This document shows positions 39,101 to 54,100 of a stretch of DNA of 64,000 bases, one piece after another (the first letter of the stretch is position 1; each line of letters begins with the position of its first letter). Source of the DNA: Actinomycetes bacterium (lineage in GTDB: Bacteria > Auribacterota > JAJCYG01); contig JAJCYG010000058.1 in NCBI GenBank assembly GCA_029263055.1, forward strand, positions 3,587-67,586, written 5' to 3'. The notes below the pieces were generated by a model that worked only from the letters and a program-made list of their open reading frames with translations, made no database searches and was not told the origin of the DNA. Both the position numbers and the translations under genes were made by a program.

Positions 39101-42100
39101 ATTTCGAATAGCTCGATAAGCAGGATTTCCTGGCAATGTTTCTTTGCCTCCTTGTGTGGAACCTGTTAAAGCAAAGAAGAAAGCCTCTTCATGGCCATAA
39201 GAAAGTGTTTCTGTGATCTTTAAACGATCAATATAAGATTGCCATTGCGCCCGTGCTTGAAGATTAGCCCCTTCTGAATCTAGATGGAGCATGTAACGAC
39301 GGCCCATGTCTCGCTCAATAATAAGACTGTTTCGAACCCCTTCAGCTCGCTCAACAAAACCCCATAATTGCAAGCCTGCGTGATCGCGTAAGCCTTGCAT
39401 GATCTGCGCAAAGTTCTCAACCACACCGAGTCTTTCAACACGTTGTTCCATCTCTTGAATCAATGTATTTAAAAATGGAGTCTTACGCATTTTTTCAGCT
39501 AAGATCGCAAAACGGGCTTCAAATTCTCCAATTAAGGTTGCGGCGCGGCTTTCATATTGTTGTTGCTGACGACGGACAGCAGGATCATTTGCATCCAACT
39601 CACCTCGACGTAATTGCTCACGAAATTCATCAAATTGTACCTGAGTAATGGTCCAGTCACGAAAGACACGCATGATTCCATGCTCCCCTTGCATTAATGC
39701 AAGTGCTTCGGTAGCTTGTTTACGCGCCACACCATCTAAAGAAGTGTCATTTTGTTTTTCACGCAATAATTCTTGTAAAATCCACAGGATAGAAGTTTGG
39801 CTATCTGCTTGAGGCACCAGACCTTGAACAAATCCTGGCATTAAGTTTCTAAAAGCACTTGATGGATTTAAAACCAAGGCGGTTTTTTGTTCTTCAATGG
39901 CAGCAATACGAGTGTCATAACTCAGATACTTTGTATAAACTTGTCTTAGAACTTGCATGGCTTGAAAAGATTGCACAGGGATGAAACCATTTCCACCTAA
40001 TGCATCGACAATCGTTGCTTGACGCAAACGAGTCAATAATTGATAACGGTTACGTCTTTCTTCATCGCCCACATAACCCCCATTACGATCTCCCTCAGCA
40101 ATAAAATCACGGTTCTGAGTAAAGATTTGCTGTAAATCTTGTCTAAAGAAGACTAAGGCTTGACCAATCAATCGTTGAGCCCCAACAGGATGTTGTTGCA
40201 ACCTAGTTCGAGCAGCTGCATCAGCTGGAAAAATCAAGCGTAATGCTTGATCATAAATCCGTGCGTGACGTGCCATTGGAATTGCATTTACAAAGCGAGC
40301 CTTCTCTTGTGTTAAATCACGAATCTGCTGATCTAAAAACTCAAAAGTGACTAATATGTCCGGGCGGTTAGGTTCTGCATTACGCTGAGTACGAAAACGC
40401 TGTGATAAAATTAAAGCCCGGTCGCGAGCCACGTTCATATAAAAAGGTGCCAAGACTTGTTCAAAAAAGTAATCGTCATGGATCGATTGGATTTCTGCTT
40501 GGGCTTGAGTGCCACTGTGGGTCCGAGCCAAAATCTCGGTCACATCAATTCCAGCTCCAGAGCTTGGGTTCTTCACATCCTCGTGTGTCACTAAACTAAT
40601 AATTTCAGCCCCTTTAGCATTTAAAGTCGCGCGAATCGATTGAATTTCTCGGGATGTGGCTAAGGCTTGAGCCATACTACGGTGAAGCTTCATTGCGTCT
40701 GTGTATGAAAGAACCCGACTTTGAGCTCGGCGCGAAATATTAAACTGTAAGTTCACATAGTATTGAACCAAAAGCTCTTTGTAAGTCGCAACAGATGCTG
40801 TGTATTCTCGAAGGCGTTCGCGCGCCTGATTCAGTAATTCAATTTGTCTGGAACGAGTCGCTAAAGAAGTAGGATCTTGCTCCGCGTTCAAGCGTGCAAT
40901 TTCAGTTGTGATCACCGTATTTAAACTTGCCATGATCTGTTCTTGTGGAAACGATAATGTGGCTGCAAATGCCGAGACATCTTCAACTCCATTAGCTCGG
41001 AAAAAAGCTTGAGCTTCACGTTGGAATTGATTTGGATCCACACCTGAAGTTCTAAAAAGTTGTTGTTCTAATTCAGACAAACGAAGCAAAGAACGATTAA
41101 ACATTTCATTTGAAGTGACTTGAGCATCTGGCGAAGCATTGTTTAATCGGTTTGATGCAGCCGCCACTTCACGACGAGCTAAATCAACTGAAGAAGCCAA
41201 TGAGTTGGGTTCGACTGAAGAAAAATCTCCTTCTAAAGCCCGTTCTAATTGAAGATCAACTAGCTGACGTTGCAAATCACCACGGATAGCCGTCAAACCA
41301 CGATACGTTGTGGCTCCGTCTTGAAATCCTTGGTTTAAATCTTGTTGAAATTGTTGCACTAAAGGCCAAGTGTGATCATTATCGATTAATCGATTAAAAA
41401 GCTCAGCATATTGGCGTTGTAATGCAGCCATTTGAGCATTGATATCACTTTGAGACAAGGTGTTTGCCACTTCACGTGAAGAACGGTTTTGAGTTTGATA
41501 AGCAAGTTGATATTTTAAACGAAGAATGGTTTGTCGTTGTTGATAAAAAGCAGCCAAATCATCACTTAGTTCAACCACTCTTGGTCGAGTCAAAGGAGCC
41601 AGAAAGCCACGTGTTAAACCATTCAAAGATTGAGACAAGCGTTGTAACGAAAGATCAAAAAGAGTCGCTTCTTCTTTAGGTTGATCAAGACGCAAGAGCT
41701 GACTTTGCCCTTGTTGCGCTTGAATTCGAGCAATATTACGTTGAATGCGTGTTATTTCATTTCGTTGGCGCGTAATATAGGCCCCTTCTTCAGAAGGATT
41801 GTCTTCATTGGCTTCAATCACAGCAGCCATTTCATCATGTGTGGCTAAATGGATAAAAGAACCCATGGCTCGATGCATTATTGCTTGAATACGCTCCATT
41901 CGCTGAACGGTTCTAAAATAGTGAACCACTCGGTCTTCATTCATACGACGGATTAAGTCAGTATAAGTTGATTGTTGTGCTAAACGCGTTGCGTTTTCCT
42001 GACTCAAATCAAAGAGGTTGGTTAAAAAAGCACGACGACCCCCAACAGTATTCATATTCATTGGCGATGTTTTGGCATAACGCTCGTAACGCAAAATAAA

Positions 42101-45100
42101 AGCACGTGCATTTTCAGTTGTGAAGCCATATGTGTTTATTAATTCATTCCAAATAGGGCTTTGGGTCAACTCTGTAGGCGCTTGTTGAAACTGATTACGG
42201 ACCGCTGCAGCTTGATGGTAGGCATCAATAAACCGAACCAATCGTGTTAAAGCTGTACGAGGCGCATTTCCTTTTCCTCCACGTGTGCCATATGTAGAAT
42301 CAGCTAATAAAGATTCCACTAAACTTTTATCAGAAAGAATCGAAATAAAACGATCACGTAGTGCATCTGTCCAGATCAAATCCATTTGAGTAAATCGAGG
42401 ACGAAAACTATTCCATTGTTGCACACGAAATCGACCTTGAACCACTTGGTCAGCTTGTTCAATTTCAGGTGTGGAGCCTGGCAACAGAGAATCTTCATTT
42501 AATGTACGCAAGCTTCGAACATTTCTCATTTCGCCAGCCACCGCAAGAGCACGTTGAGATTCAGAAGGGTTGTCATCAGAATGTCTGTCAATAAATTGAT
42601 AAAAACGATTGTACAATGCTGCGGCTTCAGTATTAATCACTCCTTGGATTCGCTCTCTTAGTTCTTCATCTGCATCAGACTCATTTTCCGGTGCTTCTGT
42701 TGCGGCTAAACGAGCTTCATCTAAACGTAAAGCACGGTTGTAGTCTCTAAACTCTCTATCTAATGTTCTATTATTGTTAAAAGAGGTTCTTCGAGCACGT
42801 AACAATGTTTCAAACTCGGTTATTTTTTCATTCACCAATTCTTGTAAAATATTTGCCTGCAAAGGATCGCGTTGACGTAAAGCATCAATGGCAGGTTGAA
42901 CAGATGTGCGCAATCGTCTGGACCAACCTTCGCCTGTTCGAGGATGTCTAAATAAATTATTGAATGCAGTATCTGTAATTTCAAAAGAACCACTTCTACT
43001 TCCGGTTAAACGATAAAGTTCTTCTTGACTCCTTGTGTCTTGAGCATCATAAAGAGCCACTAATTCGTGAGCCATGTTATGAGAGCGAGTGTTGATGCTG
43101 CTCATAATCCCATCATGCCAATCTTCAACAGCAGGAGTTGTTGCCACTAAAGCAACGCGACGGGCTAATTTGTTCCAATGAAGCTGACGATGCAGCGCTA
43201 TCGGACGACGCATTAAGATTCTCATTTCTCCTTCTATGTGGCCCATGGTGCGACGTAAATCGCGAATCGTTAGGTTGAATTGATTACGAATTTCAACCGA
43301 TGGACGCGCTGTAAAATAAGCCATCAACTGTTGAGCAGAAGCGATGTTAGCTTCATACCCTTCAATTTCACGACGGCCTAACTCAATTTGATAAGTGGCT
43401 GTTTGGGTTCCTGAAATATCAAAGTAACCTGAACGCATTCCAAGCTCAAATAAAGAACTTCCCATTGGAGAGGCTTGCAACCGCTCACTCAAACTTTCTG
43501 AACCCGGTTCAGCGCTTCTTCTTGAACTGCGCTGTAAAAAATCAGCAATATTCACACCATAGTTTTCCAACACACCGGCTGCAACTGTAAAGCGCATAAA
43601 CGCATTAATTTGAGCACGACGAGCATTGGCTAACGCTTGAACAGCCCGTTGACGATCTTGAAGTGAGCCAATCCCATTTCGGTGTTCAGCATTTAAAGCG
43701 TTAAGCAATGCTTGGTTGGTTGTGATTAAGTTTTTGTTTGCATGAAATTCCATATTCGCACGAACTAAATCACGAAAGACTTGTTGTAAGTGAGCGCGAA
43801 TATCGTTCATGGATGTTCCAATTCGCGTCGCCTCTTGAGCTAAATAAGTTCGCTCAATCGCATCATCAATTTCAGAAATAAAGAGGTAGTCAAGCCCAAT
43901 TTCTAAGAACGCTTGTAATGTAGGATTACCATCAGAATTAGAAAAGTTAAAATTGTTCACACCCGCACCGCCACCTAAGCGCATGTTGCGTAAAAAGATA
44001 TATTCAAACGTATTATTACCCCATGGCTGAAGATTCAAACGCTCTATTTCTTGACGTGCGGCATCTGTGGTTGGGTCTTGCCCCGTTAAAACAAACTGCA
44101 TCACTTCAGAATGAGTTCCCAATGTGGTTAAAAGGTCACTGGTACGCAACAAATTGGCTTCGGCTTCATTTAAAGCCTCTATATCTAAATTAGATGAGCT
44201 CAACAAAGCTTGAAACTCAGTGGGTAACACGCGACGACCATTGTAACGATGTAATCCCAAACGCTCGATGCCTGTCACAGTTAAAGTGTCTTGACTATTA
44301 AGACCCACATTTAATTTTAAAAGATTGAGTCCATCTTGATTGCGTTGACGCAACTGATTAAGTTGTTGTTCTTTAATACTAAAGATATTAAGACTTTCTT
44401 GAACTTCTGCATTCTCTTGCACAAAATTGTTTAAATTTTCAAGCAATGTTTGCGCTGCTACTCGACGAGCAGGTTCAGCAAACTCACCAAATCCACCTAA
44501 ATTAACCATTGAAGTAATATGAGCAGGATTGGTTGTGTTTAAAAACCTGTGAATTTGGAGACTACTTAACTTTGTTAAAGCTAAAGTCAAGTAAGGAGCC
44601 GGAGTTTGAGGCCCATTAAATGCAGTGGCAATCATATCCATAATACGACGTTTTTCATCGCGATTAAACTCTGGAGCAGCTTGCCCATGTACAAATTGAT
44701 TAACCTGATCAAGAATAGCTTGGTTGGTCGCATCTCCACCTGCAGAAAGACGACTAAAGTTACGCGCTGCAAGCATCAATTCTAATGTGCCATCATATTC
44801 AATCTCTAGAATATCTCTTAAAATGCTCAAGTCATCATCAGCTAAAATACGATTTCCTCGTCCTGCAAGACCAGCCCATGCAGAGACAATGCCTCGAGTG
44901 GAACCGACTCGAACAACCGTGTCAGTTAAAGAATTGTGATACCCTTTTAATGTTTCAGTTAAAACATAAAGTTGATCCCCACTCACTGCCACACCCATTA
45001 GATCTTGCATAATACGAAGCCGCTCTTGAGCTTCAGTGCGAGCCTTTAATTCTAACGCGCGAACATAATCCAAGTAAGCTTGCAACACAGTTGCGCGAAC

Positions 45101-48100
45101 CGAAGCAGAAGGATTAAGGTGAAAAAGAACACGCGCCATTCCTTCATGGGTAACAATGTTGCTGCCATTATTCGGACGATTTTCAAATTGACGACCCGTA
45201 TATTCTAATTGATATCCATCAAAACGAATTAAACGATTTAAAATACCAGCACTATCTAATGCTGTTTGCAAAGCAGTTTGCTTTTGTTGCAAATTACTTT
45301 GAGCTGATTGCATAATGCTCGAATGAGTCATGGCTGCTTCAAGATAAGTTTGATTTGACGAATAATTACGTACTTGAGCCGGTGTGGTTGAATGTGTTGC
45401 CGAAGTGACATTAGGCACCTCGTGATACAACGCTGTGATTTGAGCCAAGCCCAAATTCATTAAGGCTTCTCTGTCTGCGCTTACAGCTCTTAAATAACGA
45501 CGACGTGCGTCAAAAAACAAACGCTGGTTGGTCACACTTGTATCACCACGAACTCGAGTCCAAGCTTGTTCAGCTTGTAGTAATTCTTGACCCGTGGTTC
45601 GTTTACGCTCTGTAGCTCTTCGTAGTGCCGCAGCAGCTTCTGTACGACTACGAATAGCACGCGCGCTATCTTGACCCGGAGTCACACTTAAACGTGAACT
45701 TGAAGAATAAAAACGGTCTCTAGATCGACGGCGGCTTGATTCATCTCGGCTAAAAAGAGCAGCTAAATCAATTCCAGCAATAAGTTGATGCTCATCTCCA
45801 TTTCCATTAAAGGAGCGTGCGTAAGTGTATTCAGCAAAAAGAACACCATTGTTTAAAAAAGTCCCTGAAATAGAATTACGTTCTTCACGCAAACGACGTT
45901 CAGCCGCTATACGCGCTTCTTGAGCTCGACGCAACTCTGTTTGAGCACTTCTTCCAGCTCGAACCAAATCAGCAAACTGAGCCACCAATGTGTTCATGTT
46001 TGATTCATTAAGCGTCATATTAATATTTAATTGCAAAGCCCGAGGATTCATCCCAAGTTCAATCGCTAATTGGCGTGTGAGGCGTTCTAAAGTAAAAAGA
46101 GTTTCATTTCGGTTTTGAGTTGCAGCCAATAGGTCTGCTTGAATACGGGCTCTCATCCCTGGAAGGGACTGAAACTGATTTAACAGTTGAAGCAATTCAG
46201 TTGTTGCTTGAGTAGGATTGTCTTGATTCACACGAAATTGGCGATTTGTTCCACCAGTTGTTGGCACCACCAAGGCTTGGTTTAAAACAATAATGCGAAT
46301 CAAAGTCTCAATTCCACGCTTGCGAAGATTAAACTGAGCCACTGCTTTTTGAGCGGTATGCTCTCTGATTTCTGCAGTGTGAAGCGCTTGTTGCTCATCA
46401 ATTAAGGTGTTAATTCTCACTTCAGCACGAGCACCCACATACCACTGTCCATTGCTAAAACGACCTGGCACATTGTTAGAGTTGCCTGTAAAGTTTTGGT
46501 AACGCGCTCCAGCAAGACCTTGCAAACTAAAGCGATCAAAAACCCAAAGCCCCCCAGTTGTATCAAGCATGGTTTGGGCTAATTGTATTTCTGAGTCTCT
46601 AAATAAGATTTCAGGATGGTTTTGAATCATCCGGTTTGGTATATCTCGAAACACATCAGTTAAATTTTGAACCTGGCCATTCCATGTATCAGGAACTAAG
46701 TTTTGCCCTCTTTGAGCCCCTAATGTTTCTCGCATCCAACGTTGACGCACACTCGCAGAATCCATGGCATTAGCTTGCAATCTTAAAGCAGCCATTAACT
46801 CACGCAGGTTTTCTGTTGTTGGATGGTTTTGATAAGCACGGCGCAATGCAGGAATATCAACGGTTCGCATTCTACCTGCTGCATCACCTAAATGTTGCAA
46901 CAATGTGGCGAAACGTTGTTGGGTTTCAACTTGGGCACGATAAACTTGTTCGGTTCGCAATTTTTCATCATGTAAAATGCGAAGTTGTTCGCGCGAATTC
47001 AAGTCACTTAAGGCAACTTGACGGCGAATATTACGACCGGTTTGAGTGTCAAAAATAGTCCAAATCAAGCGGGCATCAGCAGTTAATGTGTTGGTTGAAT
47101 CAACAAAATCATGCGCATAAGAAAAATTAACCAACACGCGTGGAACCAATGACAATGCAGACCAATGCTCTCCCATTTCTGTATGAAAAATAGAAGTGGA
47201 AGCGGCTGAACGAAGTCCTGCTTGAATTTGTTCTCCGCGATTTTGAGCTCGAAGTAAGTCAAGGTTTTGTCCGCGGGAAGCAGTAAGAGTTTCGCGACTA
47301 ATACCGGCATGCTCCAACATTCTGGTTAACGCCCCATTTTGAAGTTGAGCCACAGTAGAACGGATTTGATCGATTTCAATTCCGAGATCATTAAATCTAA
47401 GAGATTGATTTGAAGGTATATTTAAAATACGCCGTAATGTTGCTTCTGCTTGAAACACTTCACTGCGAAAAACAATTAGATTTAATTCTTCTCGTGAAAT
47501 CTCTGTACGAACAAGTGCCACATCAGAAGCACTGGCTCGGCCTTCTCTATATTTAGTTTCTGTTTCACTCAACACCAAGCGAAGCCCTTCAATATGTGCT
47601 CGACCCAATTCTACCTTTTGACGAGAAAAAAGAACATCTGATGCCGCAATAAAACGTTCCATTAAAACTTGTTGAGCTGCTTGGTGAACAGCATGTTCTT
47701 GTTCTTGAACAGCACGGTTAACTTGAGAAGCTTCGATTAAATCTTGAACCGATAAACTTACCGAAGCACGTGCTCCAACCGTTAAATCTGTTTCGCGTGG
47801 GCTAGAGTCTGTTGCTGTCCCCTCTGTGGCAAAATCACTGGCACCTAAAACAGCAGCCACTCTTGGTGCAAATCGACGGTAACGACTTGTTCGTTGCAAA
47901 CGTGCCCGTTCCAAACCTGCTTGAGCTGCCACAACACGACTATCTTGCATCACCCCTGTAGCTAAATTATCTGTTGTCACTAAAAAGGATGTTCCTGAAA
48001 CAGCGGGCACCACACCCCCACTTGTTCGGCCTGAACCAGGAAGCGGAACCACACGTCGTGTGGAATGCGAATCCAATCCAGCTAACACAGCATCAATGGT

Positions 48101-51100
48101 GCCAATGCGGTCACGCAATCCAATCTCACGCACATCACGAAAATAAGAGGTTTGAGAAGCCGCTCGAACATTAAGAATGTCTGAAATCGCAACAGGCAAA
48201 CGGCGTAACAAACGATTGACTAAATAATCTTGAAAGTTAAAACTTGCTGCTCGAGTATCTCTCTCTGTTCGAATCCACTCAGCTAAAGTTGATTGGTCGA
48301 GACCAGCTAATGTTTGTAAATCTGTTCTAATCGTTTCTCCTAAAGTATTTAACGTGGTCTCTTTTTGCCTGTGAAGAGTACGGAGGTTTGCCAAACGACT
48401 TAATCCATCAGCCCGGCGTTCTGTTAAAGTAAAACGAATCAATTCAGAAACATAACGCTCTCGAGCCAAGTCAGCTTCTCCAACAACCTGTTCGTAACGT
48501 TCTAATTGCACTAACAAACGATCAACCACTACTCGGATCGGCGCGCCTGAAGCATGGCGGTGAGACAGGCGCTGCAAATATTCTCTTAAGCGACTTAATT
48601 GACGAAACCATGTTTGATCTGCTTGAATCGCCCGTTGGGTCAAACGATGGACTAATTGACGTTGTTGCAAACGGCGACCCTGTAACATACTGATTTCTTC
48701 ATCATACTTATCACCTGCGCTCAAACGTAATCGAGCTAAAATTTGTGGCTGAGTAGCACGCACTTTTTCTTGCGCACGGGCCACACCCTCTTCAGCCAAA
48801 CGAAGTTCATCAAGTTCATCTAACGTTGCTCGTAAATAAGCTAAATAGTTTTGCGCTCTGGCTAAACGAGTTGATCCTTGTACAAAAGCAGGGATCACAA
48901 GTTCTGATAAAGGAATCCGTAAAATGTCTTCTGAACCTCCGCTTGACAAATCTGCAATCAATTGTGCGATCCCTCGAATGCGAATTTCAATATCATCCTC
49001 TTCACGCTGGCGAATAATACGAGCAAACCCTGAAACGCCATCATAGCCATGAATGTTTCCTAAACGAACTGAAAGACGCAATTGAACTTGAGTCCTCTCA
49101 TTAAGAGCAGCTGGTAATTCACTTCGAATTTGTGTAGATAGAGCTTGATATCCTTGTCGAGCCAACACTCCCTCAGCCAACACTTCATCAAGCATGCGTT
49201 GATTTAAAACAGATTCTTGTAAAAAGTTAGCAGGAAGCTTAATGGTTTGCCCTTCACCATTTACAACCCCAGTATCTTTAAGCTGCTGCAAAAGTGCTAA
49301 AGCTCGTGTACGAGAAAGTACAGGGCGACGGCTAATTTCAGAAACCAAATCAGCATTACTTACTTCACCTCGAATGTTTAAAACAGCAAGCACTCGATTA
49401 ACAGTGGCTTGATCACGGTTAAGGTATTGAATTTCATTTCTAAAGAGTCGATACACTTGGCTACGAATACCAGCAAATTCTACTGCGCGGTGATTGCCAA
49501 ATTCTCGGCGTAGCACTTGTTCAAAAAGAGACCAATCAATTCGGTCTTGGCTCAAATCAGAGATAACTTCAGCGCGACGATTGGTTTGAAATTGAGCACG
49601 TGGTGCTTGACGATTTGGTGCATAAATTAAAGAGTGAGCATAAGACAAATCAAGATCATGAGTCATTTCAGTATAATAACGGGCCGTGTAATCTGTTGAA
49701 AGAGTGCCTGCTTGAAGTTGACGAATAAAAGGAAGTCCTTGAACTAAATGACGTTTAACCTCAGCCCATGAAAGGGAGGATCCAGCTTCGAGGCGTTCCA
49801 CAACCGCTTTTAAATTGTCTAAAGAGGCGGTTCCATTTCCTGTCCATATTGTTCTCCCAAGAGGATTGTTGCGAGCTGATTGAATCGCTGTGAGCAAACG
49901 CTCTTTATTGGCATCGGCATCAACTTGGCTTCCTGAAACAGAGGTATACTGAGTTAAGATTTGCGTGTAAAGATCTTCTGCTTCCATTATCTGTTCAATC
50001 CAAATTGGATTGTATGAGAATGAATAAGCTAAACCAGAGACATCTCCCAAACCAGCAAGAAGCTCGCTTGCGTTATACTGACGCGCCCGTTCACTTGCTG
50101 CGTTCATACGAATATGAAGCAAGTTATAGTGCTGAGCTAATTCACGAATTTGAAGTTCATTTGAATCTTTGACTTGAGTCAAGTGGGCTAACCAACGTTG
50201 TGCTTCTGTTAGTAAACGTTGCTCACGTCTTAATGCTGTATCAGCACGGGCAATTTCTCGATCAACTTGTTGAGTAAAGAGATCAGCATCATCAGAAGCA
50301 AGGCGTTCAATTTGGGCTAATTGCAAACCTCCTTGAATGGCACCAATCACAGGTTTATCTTGCACGCCCTGAGAGACTAATTCTCCTTGACTAGCCAAAT
50401 ATGATTCGAGTTGAACCCAACTGCCACGATTTTGAACAGCTAAATCTCTTAATCGATTAACCAAACGAGTAACCGCCTCTAAAGAAGGATCATTTAAACT
50501 TAACCCTTGATTGCGAAGTTGTGTTTCAAACAAACCAATCACATTGCTCACTTCATCGTAATCAACTTTTAACTGACCAATTTGTTGAATAAAGGCTTGA
50601 AAAGAACGGGCATTAAATGAGGTGCTGCTATTCACATTTGTGGCCAGTTGCTCATAAGCCAGAATCGCTTGAATCTCTTTTTGACGGAGCTGATTTAAAT
50701 GATTGATCAAACGAGTCACATCCACATTACGTGTACTAGCAAACTGCATGGCTGTTAAGGCCTCAACTTTGCTTAGTTGCAAAGTACGTCTTCGAGCTTC
50801 AATAATGCTCGTACGCCCTTGTCGGTCTTGCACCATTAAACCTGCTTCATGAATAGCTTGATTCAAACGGGCTGTAGACCCTCTCAATCCAATCAAGCGA
50901 ATACTGGTTTGTTGTAAATCATTAAGAGACTGATTGGCAAGTTGAAGTTCTAATTGGCGTAGATCAGCATCTTCATCTGATTTTCGAATCGGGTTCACAC
51001 GGTTCAGCTGAGCCACTAAAGCACGCAAGCGTTGTGGCAACCAACTAGGTCCTTGATTGCTTAAAAGACCTGACCAAAATAAGGATGATGACAAAAATAA

Positions 51101-54100
51101 AAATGCCGAAAACACCAATCGACGTAGCCAAGGCTGAATATGTTTTTCTTCAAAACGCTTGAATCGTTCTCCTGCTGTTCTAAAAGCAGGGGTTTTAACC
51201 GATGAATCAAAAAAGAAAATGCTGATTCCCAAAAGAACCGCTCCTGCACCTAAAGCAATCAAGCCTGGCAAACCAATTTGCGGAATAAAAGGCCCTACCG
51301 CTCCAATCAAAAGTAAAAGGACAGGAACCACAGGGTTTAAAAAGACCCTTTTAACCGCGTTATATATCAAGAGCTTGAAACTTCCCACCATTGAAGAGGT
51401 CTTTGCCACAATTTCACGGGAGAAAATAATCGGCGAAACAATCATCCCTAAACCAATAAAAAGGTTCATTCCCAAAACAGCCCATAACACTAAATTGTTC
51501 ATTGGAATGGTTCCAATCAAAACCCCATAGCCAATCGAACCAATCAGCCCTAATCCCATAAGCTGTGTGTAAATAATGCTTTTGGAGTAGATTGAAACAA
51601 GAATCTCTCTAAAGGTTTTACTCTCAACATTGACATTTGCTTTCACTCCAGTATGACTAGCTCGCTTAACCGAACCAAACATTTGTCCTGTAGCCCCAAA
51701 CATTTGCGAAGGCATTTGAGCTGTGTAATACCAAGTTAAAAAGAGATAGGCCAAAGGCATTAAAATAGGTGCGAGCAAAATAACGCCTAAAATAACCACA
51801 TAACGAAGCTGCTTATGAGCCAAATATTTTTTCAAAAATTTAGCCGGCGCATATTCGCCACGCTTGTCATCTGGACTGATTCTAAAAAAAGATGTCATGC
51901 GACTCACTTTTTCATTAGCAAATGATTCTAAGTTAATTGCATTTGGCGCTAATGAAGCAATGATTCCAAACGGAAGCAACATAAGCGGCATGGCTGTGTA
52001 AACATTAGAAATACCTAAATTCCAAATCCAAATATTGGCAAATGTTAAAATCATTAAAGGAAGCAAAATCACAAAACCAAATAAATTTGAGGCAAATTGA
52101 ACTTTAGCTGTCCAAGGAACCCGTGGGTTTTTAAAGAAAGAAAGCATGTCTTCAGTAAAAAGACCGCGTGCTTTAGACGCCCCAACTAAAACTCGGTGAA
52201 ATGTTCTTATACCAGGCCATGTTTTAACAGCATTTTTAACTTTTTGCGGGATCACCCCACCTAATGAAAAATAAACAATGCCACCGATCACAAAAGTAAA
52301 ACCAAAGAAAAGAGCAAGCTCTACAGGAAAAGCCCCTAACCCGGCTAAAAAACCATTCCAAAAAGGTTCAAATAAAGTGACACCGGCAATTTTAGGACTC
52401 CAACCTGTTGCGGCAATTGTAATAGCAGTGAGAGGCAACAAGTAGCGAACTTTAAAAACACCCAGCAAACGAGATGGATTTTTCAAGGTTTCAATGGTTT
52501 GAGAAAAACCAACATAAAAAATAATGTAAATAGGAACAGCAACCACTAAGGCCAACAAGAGTAACTGCACAACTTCCAAACCAAAGACTGAAGTCAAAGC
52601 AGGGTTGCTAATAATCTCCCATGAAGGGAGCCAATCTAAAGCATTGGTGATCACAGCACCCATATTTGTCAGGACTTGTTCCATTCCTGGAAAGGGACCA
52701 AATAAATCCACTACCACTGAACGAAACCCAGAGATCACATTTTCTGAGATCAACGAAGAATAATTATTAGAAACAAGAATTAAAGCTGCAGAAGCTGTTA
52801 AAAAGAATCCATTCCAAAAACGTCCACCCCATGTTTTAAACCCTTGATAAGAACTTGCTCGCACAGCTTCTAAGGCTTCAATCAAAACCTGCCAGCGGAC
52901 AACCTTTGCCCCAGCACTCACTAAGTTTGTAAATGTTCCTTGAGTTCCAACAGCTGCTTTAAGTACTTTTTTCGAAGGATCAATCTTATCTTCTAATGTA
53001 TAACTATTAAAGAGAGCGGCAATCACAACTAATGGAACAGCCGATCCCAGAGCAACAGCTGGTCCCACAGCACCTAAGTATTGAGCCACCAGTAGAGACA
53101 CAATGCCTGCTTTAGCCAAACTCGCAAAAAAGTTTCCTTCAGCCACTTCACGTGTTGAGTAATAACGAATCCATTCCCCAACAAAAGGAAGCTTAGATAA
53201 AACTTCGCTTACTTCACCACGCAACATCACAAAACGAACTGTTTTTAAACCCGCATAAACAACCAGAGCAAACTTAACTAATCCGTAAAGAGTCGGACCT
53301 AATAACTCGCGGACCAGACCAACAAACTCAAGATTAAAAAGAGCTTGGCCTAAGGATAAGGCAACTTGGTGCAGACCTAAGTTATAAAACAGCAATCCAA
53401 AACCAACAGCAATCCCAGTCAACAGCACAGAAGCAACAACCATTTGAAAAGCTTTCCACTTGCTTCCAGTATGACGTTTTTCCCAAATTTGTTTGGCTGT
53501 TTGCCACAACAGATTCATCACTAAAAGAGAGCCGACAAAAAGAAGCAAACCAAAAGGGCTGATTCCAAATTGTTGAAAATAGATTGAGATGGTACTGATT
53601 CCATAAGAAAGATCAGGAAAAGGAAAAGGCAATCCAAAGACAGTCCAGCCACGAATACCTGCTTGCATTAATAAAAAAGCAACCGTTCCAAAGACAGGCC
53701 ACGAATAAAGACGAGGCGCATTTTTAAATACTTCTGTTACTGTGTTTCCTAAAAGCTCCCAAGCCCCTTTAGCAAACTTCCATGTTCGAACAGAAGAGGT
53801 CACGTTAAAGTCAGGCACCACTCCTTCACTTGTTCCTTCATAACCAGTGGTGACAGTAATTGAATCAAACTTATGCCCGGTTACAGGATTAATCAACTCA
53901 GTTGACATCATTTGTTGCTGAGCATCTTCAGCAATAAAGGTACGACCTGAACGAGAATGCATCACATTGGTTAATGGACGCACTCCAAAACCTTGAGACC
54001 AAATTTTTTCTGAACCTGGAGAACCAATTCTCTTCTTCACATTACGGCGGTAATCCTTACCCCGTATGTGTGGATCAAAAGCTAAAGAAGCACGCAATGA

